Origin: Deltaproteobacteria bacterium
GTDB taxonomy: Bacteria > Desulfobacterota > GWC2-55-46 > JADFVP01
DNA length: 59,565 bases
Assembly (NCBI GenBank): GCA_024275045.1
Contig: JAJRZX010000073.1
Location: forward strand, 1-59,565
Reading direction: 5' to 3'
Within the stretch, counting starts at the first letter, position 1. The number at the start of each line of letters is the position of its first letter. The notes beneath the pieces were generated by a model that made no database searches, was not told where the DNA came from, and was given only the letters and a program-made list of their open reading frames with translations. The position numbers were made by a program, and so were the translations under genes. This document shows positions 1-6,820 of this stretch, one piece after another.

Positions 1-700
1 AGACCTCTGTAGCCTTCTGAGTGCCGTAAGTCGAGGTATTAGCTTTGTCCAGCAGCGCCATGGTATCAACGGCAATCTCGCCCGTCTTAAGAACCATCCC
101 GATGAGCTCATCGGACGTAATGTCGGCCTTTGTCGTTGCGGCAAGTGTCTCTTCGATAAAGATGAATATCTTTTCGTTTTTGTAATCAAGCACATGGGCT
201 TGGTCCACGTACGCGGCTATACCCTTAAGACCGTTGATAAGAAGTTCTTTAAGGGAGCGAATGTCCTCGTCAACCTCACTCATTACACCAACTGCCAGTG
301 CCTTCTCGAACATGTTCTCTCTGGTGGTACCGTTCCAGACGGCGGAGTCATGGAGAGCCTCGGTAAATGCCCTTCCGTTAGCTCCTTCGTAAGCCTTCCT
401 GAAGAGCCCCTCTGTGTCGGCACGAACCTTAAGGGCCTCTGCTATACGCTCCACAAACCAGTCCTCATCAAAGTTTACGTTTGTCACAGTGGAAAAGAGG
501 CTTTTTACCACAAAGATGTCAGCCTTCTCATCGGTCACCCCAAGCTCTCTTGCCTTTACATTCCAGAGGGAAATCCCTTTAAGTAGATAGTTCAAGAGAT
601 CCTGCAGGTTGGATACCCCTTCCTTTTTGCCGCATACACCTGTTTTAGTACAACCGGCATTGCCTGCCGCTTCCTGACATTGATAACAAAACATACTCAT
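1..700 (-). CDS. hcp: Hybrid-cluster protein (hydroxylamine reductase), N-terminal part; runs off the 5' window edge
   Basis: Reverse-complement reading from 700 gives MSMFCYQCQEAAGNAGCTKTGVCGKKEGVSNLQDLL..., the Cys-rich N-terminal Hcp signature. GGAGG lies 10 nt upstream. It is absent from the ORF track because it is open at the window edge. Confidence 0.85.
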   Translation of the reverse strand, partial: MSMFCYQCQEAAGNAGCTKTGVCGKKEGVSNLQDLLNYLLKGISLWNVKARELGVTDEKADIFVVKSLFSTVTNVNFDEDWFVERIAEALKVRADTEGLFRKAYEGANGRAFTEALHDSAVWNGTTRENMFEKALAVGVMSEVDEDIRSLKELLINGLKGIAAYVDQAHVLDYKNEKIFIFIEETLAATTKADITSDELIGMVLKTGEIAVDTMALLDKANTSTYGTQKATEV

Positions 701-780
701 TGGTTACGCCTCCATATATAATCTTTGTTATAGTTTATAGGTTATGTTGTTATAATATAGCAGAAGTTTTGGATAATAAA

Positions 781-794
781 TTGACAGGGGTCAA
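781..794. promoter_or_regulatory. FNR/CRP-type palindrome TTGAC-N4-GTCAA in the hcp / regulator divergent intergenic region
   Basis: TTGACAGGGGTCAA is a perfect 5+5 inverted repeat. It sits about 87 bp upstream of the hcp ATG and 3 bp before the regulator ATG. An AT-rich -10-like TATTATAAC lies on the hcp strand about 25-35 bp away. Confidence 0.45.
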
Positions 795-796
795 AA

Positions 797-1456
797 ATGA
801 CGAAAATGAAAGCCGTAGAATACTTTTTAAATGTCTTTTTAGACGGCGGCGATAAAGAGTTATATGGATTAATCAGCGATATAAGTCATCTAAAGGCCAT
901 TGGAAAGAGGGAGATGCTGTTTTTGGAGGGCGATGAGGGGCACCATCTTTTTTTTATGATTTCGGGAAGCATTAAGCTCTTTAAGTCCAATGAGGAGGGT
1001 AAAGAGGCTATTATCCGTTTTATCGAGCCAGGCGACCTTTTTGCGGAGATAATACTTTACCTGAAGAACCGTTATCCCGTAAGCGCCATGTCCATAAAAC
1101 CATCAAAGCTTCTTGCCATTGACGCGACAAAGCTCTTTAAGTTAATTAAGGCGCACCCTGATGTGGCCATGAAACTTATAGGCAAACTGGCCTCAAAGTC
1201 GCAGTACCTTGTGAAGATGGTTGAGAATCTCACGCTTGAAGATATTAGTGGGCGTTTTTTGAATTACATTAAACACCTGAGTAATAAGACGGAAAGCGAT
1301 ACGGTTACCTTGCCAGTGCCAAAAGGTGAGCTCTCTGTGCTGCTTGGCGTCTCGCCTGAGACTTTTTCAAGGCTGCTAAAAAAACTCGCCGAAGACGGTG
1401 TAATCGAAATGGAAGGAAAAAAGATAAAAATACTGAAATCCCCGGACCGGGCCTGA
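797..1456 (+). CDS. Crp/Fnr-family transcriptional regulator (cNMP-binding domain plus C-terminal HTH), HcpR-like by context
   Basis: 219 aa. The beta-roll region reads LFFMISGSIKLFKSNEEGKEAII, and the C-terminal HTH reads LSVLLGVSPETFSRLLKKL. It is divergent from hcp. Confidence 0.8.
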   Translation: MTKMKAVEYFLNVFLDGGDKELYGLISDISHLKAIGKREMLFLEGDEGHHLFFMISGSIKLFKSNEEGKEAIIRFIEPGDLFAEIILYLKNRYPVSAMSIKPSKLLAIDATKLFKLIKAHPDVAMKLIGKLASKSQYLVKMVENLTLEDISGRFLNYIKHLSNKTESDTVTLPVPKGELSVLLGVSPETFSRLLKKLAEDGVIEMEGKKIKILKSPDRA

Positions 1457-1649
1457 TGCGTATGCGGGGAGGGGGTTTTGTTCTCCCATACAACGATAAA
1501 TGTATATTTAATGTGATGAAAGAGGGCGGGAGCATGAGATTAAGAAACCGAAAATATGTAGAGGCACTGCGTGGTGGTTAAAAAAAGTTTTTAAGTTAAG
1601 TGCGTTGAGGGGAGGGCGAATCCCTTCTGCGTGAACCGGTAAACCTGAG

Positions 1650-1683
1650 GGGGCAGCGTGATCGACGCGGCCCCTTTTGTTTT
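1650..1683 (+). terminator. Rho-independent terminator-like hairpin in the 390-bp spacer upstream of the Kef-type gene
   Basis: GGGGCAGCG-tgatcga-CGCGGCCCC (one mismatch) followed by TTTTGTTTT. Confidence 0.45.
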
Positions 1684-1848
1684 CCCCTTTGATTTTTCGT
1701 TGCCCCATTCTTTTCACCTAAATAACAAGTCCGGCTCTTTAGTCTTCGGACTCTGCGCAGGGCGCGCTACGGTTGCATTCCTACCCTTAATATTGTTATT
1801 GTAGAGTAACTTATAAATAAGCATATTTACGCAGGAGCGGCACTTGCT

Positions 1849-3828
1849 GTGGAAAACATACCTATCCTGAAAGACCTCATTATCCTCATGGTGGCGGCGG
1901 TACCCATTACTTTTTTCTTCCACAGACTGGGCCTTCCCACCATAGTTGGTTTTCTTATCACCGGCGTTGTTATCGGCCCCTTTGGTTTTGGTCTCATCAC
2001 GGACCATCACGCCATTGAGGTCCTGGCCGAGATAGGCGTAGTCCTGCTTCTTTTTACCATTGGCCTTGAGTTTTCTATCTCAAAACTGATGAAGATAAAG
2101 AAAGAGGCCCTTATCGGAGGCGGGCTTCAGGTCGGCCTTACCACCCTTAGCGTCCTTATCATCGCGGGGATCTTTCACCAGCCCATAACCGTTGCCCTTG
2201 TTCTGGGTTTTATTATATCTCTCAGCTCATCGGCCATAGTCTTGAAGCTTCTCGTTGATAAGGGAGACGTGAACTCCTCCTACGGCAATCTCTCAGTAGC
2301 CCTTCTTCTTTTTCAGGATATCTCCATGGTCCTAATGGTCTTAATAGTCCAGGGATTCGGGCTGGAGGGAGGGGCCTCTACCTTGGCAATAGTAAAGAGT
2401 CTTCTGGTGGCCCTTATAGCCATTGTTGTTATAATCACAGCCGCATCCTATATTGTGCCAAAGATCCTTTATCAGATAGTGAGGCTTGAGAGCAAAGAGC
2501 TCTTTATCCTTACCATACTCCTTATATGTCTTGGCACAGCGTGGCTCACCTCGCTCTTTGGCCTCTCACTTCCACTTGGCGCATTCATAGCGGGTATCGT
2601 AATCTCAGAGTCCGAGTACAGTCATCAGATTGTAGCCGAGATACTTCCATTCAGGGATACGTTTCAGTCCCTCTTTTTTATCTCCATAGGCATGCTCCTT
2701 GAGTTCTTTTATTTTATGAACCACCTGCCCCTTGTTATCGGGCTTTCCCTTACCATACTGATTCTAAAGGCCCTTATTATTACCGGTATCGGCCTGGTGC
2801 TGCGATACCCTTTTCGCACCAGTCTTACAGTTGGTATATGCCTTGCGCAGATAGGGGAGTTTTCTTTTGTCCTCATAAAGCTGGGCCGTGATTACGGCAT
2901 ACTCAGCTCCCCGGCTTATCAGACGCTCCTTGCCTCATCCATATTAACCATGGCCCTCACCCCTTTTCTATTTAACAGATCATCTGCCTTTGCCTTTCAT
3001 GTAGGCAGGCTGCTGCGGCGAAAAGGCATGACATCATCTATCGCCGGCAGGACCACCCTTGCTAATCACGTAATCATCGTAGGGTTCGGCCTTAGCGGAC
3101 GCAACCTGGCGCGTGTCTTAAAAGAGACGGGGATCAGCTACATTATCCTTGATATGAAGGCCGAGCAGGTGCGAAGCGCCCGCAAGGAGGGGCATAAGGT
3201 GCGCTTTGGAGACTGCAGCCACGCCGACGTATTGAAAAGTCTCGGTATCGCCAGAGCCCGCATGGTGGTCTTTACCATACCCGACCCCATAGCCACGCGG
3301 CGCGGCGTTGTGACTACAAAGGGGCTAAACGCAAACGCCTCCATCGTGGTGAGGACGCGGTACCTTACGGAGATTGAGGAGCTTTATAAGCTTGGCGCAA
3401 CAGAGGTAATCCCCGAGGAGTTTGAGACCTCCATTGAGATATTCTCAAGGGTTTTGCAGGACTACAAACTACCCACAAATATTATTGAGAACCAGATAGA
3501 TATTATCAGGCAAGAGGGGTACGCCATGTTCAGAGACCCCACCCTGGCAGGGGCGAAGGTTGCCGAGCTCAGCTCTATCCTGAAAGAAGATGTGGTAAAT
3601 ACTTTTTACGTTGAAGAGGGTTCCGCCATTGTGGGTATGAATTTCGTGCAGCTGGATCTCAGAAAGGCGAGCGGTGTGAGCATTATCGCTGTTGTAAGAA
3701 AGGGAAAAGCCAGGACAGAACCTCCCGCTGATTACACCATTAAGGCGGGTGATGTATTTATCCTCCTTGGCAGACACGAGGCCATGCACAAGGCATTCGA
3801 GATACTTCAGTATATGTGCGTACTGTAG
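1849..3828 (+). CDS. Monovalent cation:proton antiporter-2 (Kef/YbaL type) with TrkA-N and TrkA-C domains
   Basis: 659 aa with a GTG start. It has a multi-TM N-terminal half, a Rossmann motif VIIVGFGLSGRNLARVL and a C-terminal RCK-C-like region. Confidence 0.85.
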   Translation: MENIPILKDLIILMVAAVPITFFFHRLGLPTIVGFLITGVVIGPFGFGLITDHHAIEVLAEIGVVLLLFTIGLEFSISKLMKIKKEALIGGGLQVGLTTLSVLIIAGIFHQPITVALVLGFIISLSSSAIVLKLLVDKGDVNSSYGNLSVALLLFQDISMVLMVLIVQGFGLEGGASTLAIVKSLLVALIAIVVIITAASYIVPKILYQIVRLESKELFILTILLICLGTAWLTSLFGLSLPLGAFIAGIVISESEYSHQIVAEILPFRDTFQSLFFISIGMLLEFFYFMNHLPLVIGLSLTILILKALIITGIGLVLRYPFRTSLTVGICLAQIGEFSFVLIKLGRDYGILSSPAYQTLLASSILTMALTPFLFNRSSAFAFHVGRLLRRKGMTSSIAGRTTLANHVIIVGFGLSGRNLARVLKETGISYIILDMKAEQVRSARKEGHKVRFGDCSHADVLKSLGIARARMVVFTIPDPIATRRGVVTTKGLNANASIVVRTRYLTEIEELYKLGATEVIPEEFETSIEIFSRVLQDYKLPTNIIENQIDIIRQEGYAMFRDPTLAGAKVAELSSILKEDVVNTFYVEEGSAIVGMNFVQLDLRKASGVSIIAVVRKGKARTEPPADYTIKAGDVFILLGRHEAMHKAFEILQYMCVL

Positions 3829-3840
3829 GGGATTTGGGGA

Positions 3841-4308
3841 ATGCGGAATAGTTCTGAATTGAAAATATGGGTAGACTCCGACGCCTGTCCACGTGCAGTG
3901 AAAGATATTATCTTCAGAGTATCTTCAAGGCTGCAGGTGCCTGTTTGTCTTGTGGCAAATAACTATATGCTTGTGCCCACGGAGCCTCTTATTACATTTG
4001 TTCAGGTACAAAAAGGCAGCGATATCGCCGATATGTATATCTTTGAGAATGTTACCGCAACTGACCTTGTCATCACCGCTGATATTCCTCTTGCCGCCCG
4101 TGTAGTTGAAAAGGGCGCCACTGCCATCAATCCCAGAGGCGAGGTCTATACTGAGGCAAATGTTGGAGAGCGCCTATCCATGCGCGACTTTATGCAGGTC
4201 CTGCGCGATAAAGGCGTAGACACGGGAGGCCCGCCGCCATTTGGCCCAAAGGACAGGGAGCGTTTTGCCAATTCCATTGACCGCATACTTACGAGGATGC
4301 TGCGGTAG
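3841..4308 (+). CDS. yaiI: YaiI/YqxD family protein (DUF188)
   Basis: 155 aa. The N-terminus KIWVDSDACPRAVKDIIF is typical of the family. Confidence 0.7.
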   Translation: MRNSSELKIWVDSDACPRAVKDIIFRVSSRLQVPVCLVANNYMLVPTEPLITFVQVQKGSDIADMYIFENVTATDLVITADIPLAARVVEKGATAINPRGEVYTEANVGERLSMRDFMQVLRDKGVDTGGPPPFGPKDRERFANSIDRILTRMLR

Positions 4309-4311
4309 GGT

Positions 4312-4337
4312 TTGTAGGGTGGGCACGGCCCACCATT
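4312..4337. repeat. Copy 1 of a 26-bp perfect direct repeat TTGTAGGGTGGGCACGGCCCACCATT, with internal palindrome GGTGGGC-ACG-GCCCACC
   Basis: Read directly from the sequence. It is identical to 5504-5529. Confidence 0.9.
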
Positions 4338-4410
4338 ATGGCTGAATTTTCTTTTACCCTTTTGTTGGTTTGCGTTATAAATTAAATCTTAAAAAGTTGT
4401 TTTTTTTATG

Positions 4411-4432
4411 TTCTTACGTTACAATGTAAGAA
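4411..4432. promoter_or_regulatory. Inverted repeat TTCTTAC-N8-GTAAGAA overlapping a TACAAT -10 box; likely vapBC operator/promoter
   Basis: Perfect 7-bp arms lie 13 bp upstream of the vapB ATG, with a GGAGG RBS in between. Confidence 0.35.
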
Positions 4433-4444
4433 TGGAGGCGCGTT

Positions 4445-4702
4445 ATGGACAAAGTATTATCAGCAAGAGTTGATGAGAGGGTACTTCATCAGATTAATAT
4501 GCTCGCTAAAGAGCTTCATACGAGTAAAAAGTCTGTTATTGAAGAGGCCATCATGACATATGTAAAGAAGATTGAGGCGGAAAAGGGCATGGATGTCCTT
4601 GATCTCACCTCGGGCGCATGGAAGCGTGATGAAAGTGCGGAAGAGATTGTTAGCAAGGCTCGCACTGCCTTTAGAAAATCTATGGAGCGTCATCGTAAAT
4701 GA
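4445..4702 (+). CDS. vapB: Ribbon-helix-helix (CopG/VapB-like) type II antitoxin
   Basis: 85 aa. The N-terminal RHH-like segment reads LSARVDERVLHQINMLAKELHTSKKSVIEEAI. There is a 4-nt ATGA overlap with the downstream PIN gene. Confidence 0.7.
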   Translation: MDKVLSARVDERVLHQINMLAKELHTSKKSVIEEAIMTYVKKIEAEKGMDVLDLTSGAWKRDESAEEIVSKARTAFRKSMERHRK

Positions 4703-5082
4703 GGGTCTATATTGATTCTGATGTCCTTATCTGGCATTTGCGGGGTAAAAAAAAGGCAAAGGATTTTATCCGCGCTCTTAGAGAGAATAATGAGTTTGAG
4801 CTCTGGATAGGGGCCATGCAGAGAGCCGAGGTCGTGTTTTTCATGCGTAAAGACGAGGAAGAAAAGACCCTTCTCTTTCTCTCCCTCTTTAAGACCGCGC
4901 CTGTTGATCAGGTCACTGTAGATAGGGCCGGTGAAATGTACCGAGAATGGAACCCAAGCCACGGCATAGATACCAATGATGCCATACTCGCGGCCACGGC
5001 CATGCAGGCAGGGGGAAAGATATTCTGCCTTAATACCAGGCATTACCCCATGCCGGACCTGCCGGTTGAGAGGGCGTGGTGA
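4699..5082 (+). CDS. vapC: PIN-domain ribonuclease toxin (VapC)
   Basis: 127 aa. The sequence starts MRVYIDSDVLIW (first acidic residue) and has DTNDAILAATA near the C-terminus. Confidence 0.8.
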   Translation: MRVYIDSDVLIWHLRGKKKAKDFIRALRENNEFELWIGAMQRAEVVFFMRKDEEEKTLLFLSLFKTAPVDQVTVDRAGEMYREWNPSHGIDTNDAILAATAMQAGGKIFCLNTRHYPMPDLPVERAW

Positions 5083-5164
5083 TGGGGGAACCAGTTAGGG
5101 GATGTGAGAATTTGTTACGGTATTTAAGTATGTTGTCCCTGGAATTTACCCAGGTGGAGTATTT

Positions 5165-5509
5165 ATGTCAACAAAACATCCAAAAGTTTTTTTGAGTCAC
5201 GCCAGTGAAGACAAGGATAGATTTGTTTTAAAATTTGCGAAAAAATTATACTCTAAAGGTATTGTGGCATGGGTTGATAAATGGGAAATGAATATAGGGG
5301 ATAGTCTTATTGACAAGATTTTTGAAGAAGGTATCAATAATGCAGATGCAATTATTGTTGTACTTTCAAAGAATAGTGCTAATAAGCCTTGGGTTAGAGA
5401 AGAATTGAATGCGAGCATGGTTAAGAAGATTGAAGACAAAAGGAAACTCATTCCAATTTTGATTGATGATTGTAAGGTTCCAGAATGTTTAAGATCTACA
5501 GCCTTGTAG
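5165..5509 (+). CDS. Stand-alone TIR-domain protein, short; its stop codon lies inside the 26-bp repeat
   Basis: 114 aa. KVFLSHASEDKDRFV...WVDKWEMNIGDSL...AIIVVLSKNSANKPWVREEL matches the bacterial TIR_2 pattern and includes the W-x-x-E-L glutamate. The gene is visibly AT-rich relative to its flanks. Confidence 0.75.
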   Translation: MSTKHPKVFLSHASEDKDRFVLKFAKKLYSKGIVAWVDKWEMNIGDSLIDKIFEEGINNADAIIVVLSKNSANKPWVREELNASMVKKIEDKRKLIPILIDDCKVPECLRSTAL

Positions 5510-5529
5510 GGTGGGCACGGCCCACCATT
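5504..5529. repeat. Copy 2 of the 26-bp perfect direct repeat
   Basis: Identical to 4312-4337. It contains the TAG stop of the TIR ORF. Confidence 0.9.
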
Positions 5530-5596
5530 GCGACTGACACTCCCCATCTCCAACGCCACTACCTGCACCTAAGACGGAGCTATTTGCGGTACGCTA

Positions 5597-5872
5597 TCAG
5601 GCAATCTCGACCTCAAGGCGTTTGCCAAGTGCCGAAGCTACCCGCGCCAGAGTCGAGAGTTTGATATCCTCGGCATGGTTTTCTATACGGGAGATAGCGG
5701 TCTTCTTGGTGTGAAGTCTGCGCGCAAGCTCTTCCTGAGTCAGTCCTGCTTCCTCGCGTGCCTGTTTGAGCACTACGCCTATCTTGAACTGCTTGAACCC
5801 CTCGTCATAACCATCTGCAAATGCCGGGTCTCTCTTTTTTCTTGAGGTTATGTGTTTTTTAAGGTCACTCAT
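5597..5872 (-). CDS. higA: XRE-family HTH antitoxin (HigA-like)
   Basis: 91 aa. The HTH reads LKQAREEAGLTQEELARRLHTKKTAISRIEN. It overlaps the end of the upstream toxin fragments. Confidence 0.75.
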   Translation of the reverse strand: MSDLKKHITSRKKRDPAFADGYDEGFKQFKIGVVLKQAREEAGLTQEELARRLHTKKTAISRIENHAEDIKLSTLARVASALGKRLEVEIA

Positions 5873-6229
5873 CTTTTTTTCTCCTTTTCAAAAAATCTTT
5901 CCTGTATGCCTCGGCCTTTTTTATCGCAGCCTTTGGCGTCTTTTGGCTCTTCTTTATGAAACCATTGGTCAAGACAACCAGGTCATTACCTGCGAAGAAA
6001 CAAAGTGTCCTGTAGGCATTTGAGTTGATACAATCCTGCACTCCCATATCTCTTCAGTACTTACAAGTTTTTTGAAATATGAGGACGGTACAACCTCTAA
6101 ATCCTCAAGGAGTTTGAGAACCCATGTTATCTTCCGGCTAACCTTTCCGGAGAGGGAGTCAAGGAAGTCATGAATAGGACATTCTCCATCGGTTGTCTTG
6201 CAAAAGATAACGGTTCGACTTATATCCAC
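5865..6229 (-). pseudogene. higB: HigB/Gp49-like (RelE superfamily) toxin split by a frameshift
   Basis: ORF 5969-6229 carries the N-terminal half (DGECPIHDFLDSL...EIWECRI). ORF 5865-6047 carries the C-terminal half (SNAYRTLCFFAGNDLVVLTNGFIKKSQKTP) in another frame. The frame switch lies around 6021-6036. Confidence 0.65.
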
Positions 6230-6231
6230 AT

Positions 6232-6258
6232 GTTAACCTGTGTGTTAACTTTTGTCAA
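6232..6258 (-). promoter_or_regulatory. GTTAAC-N6-GTTAAC repeat next to a TTGACA box upstream of the higB fragment; putative TA operator/promoter
   Basis: Two GTTAAC hexamers lie at 6232-6237 and 6244-6249. TTGACA (minus strand) is at 6253-6258. Confidence 0.3.
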
Positions 6259-6298
6259 GAAGGCCGTTCAAGGGACACCATTCTTAATTACCCCCACC

Positions 6299-6697
6299 CT
6301 ACCGTGGAAATAAAAATATAGCCCAGCCCGTAACGGCAACGTAAATCCAGACCCCCGCCGTATATGGGGCTATGCGTCTGTGTCTTGTGAAGCGCTCCTT
6401 AAAGGCAAGGTATATGGTGTAGGCGGCCATGGGAAAGTTTATCATGGCAAGTAAGGTGTGGGACCAGAGTATGGAGAGAAAGAGGGTGCGGTGGTCTCCG
6501 GCGTAGCGCTCAGGAGGAAATAGAGATGAGCGGAGGAGGTACAGGACTACGAATATTATGGCAAATACCGAGGCCGTGAGCATGGCCTTTTTGTGCGTAG
6601 CCCTGAGCCCCTTTTTTATGAGGATAATGCCGGTGATTATCATCACCCCGCTTAGTCCAATGGTGGCGAGGCTTGAGTATAAGAGAAATTCCTTCAC
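6299..6697 (-). CDS. DUF420 membrane protein (commonly linked to haem A / cytochrome oxidase clusters)
   Basis: 132 aa with 4 predicted TM segments and a GTG start. It is the last gene of the cox operon. Confidence 0.65.
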   Translation of the reverse strand: MKEFLLYSSLATIGLSGVMIITGIILIKKGLRATHKKAMLTASVFAIIFVVLYLLRSSLFPPERYAGDHRTLFLSILWSHTLLAMINFPMAAYTIYLAFKERFTRHRRIAPYTAGVWIYVAVTGWAIFLFPR

Positions 6698-6700
6698 TGC

Positions 6701-6820
6701 TTAGAGTCTCCAGGCCAGGACTATCATATTAAATAACATGATAACAGCGATAAGTATGCCGACCCTAATGGCGAACTTTCTCTTCTTGGCTTTTATTTCA
6801 TCAGATGTTGGATTAGACAC
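6701..6820 (-). CDS. Unannotated 39-aa single-TM protein (VSNPTSDEIKAKKRKFAIRVGILIAVIMLFNMIVLAWRL)
   Basis: GTG start preceded by AGGAGG. The start overlaps the stop of the upstream 438-aa gene (GTGTCTAA), and the stop is 3 nt before the DUF420 start. It is below the ORF-track length cutoff. Confidence 0.4.
   Translation of the reverse strand: MSNPTSDEIKAKKRKFAIRVGILIAVIMLFNMIVLAWRL

Noticed and set aside
194-586. 130-aa + strand ORF at the window start
   Set aside because: It lies antisense to a clearly recognisable hcp reading frame (1-700, minus strand). It has no RBS or family-like sequence, so it is a shadow ORF.
1590-1690. c-di-AMP (ydaO-type) riboswitch upstream of the K+ antiporter
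   Set aside because: Only vague resemblance was seen (GGGCGAAT and GAACCGG..AACCTGAGG). The characteristic GGGGACCCA-type elements and the pseudo-twofold architecture were not found by eye. A covariance-model search is needed.
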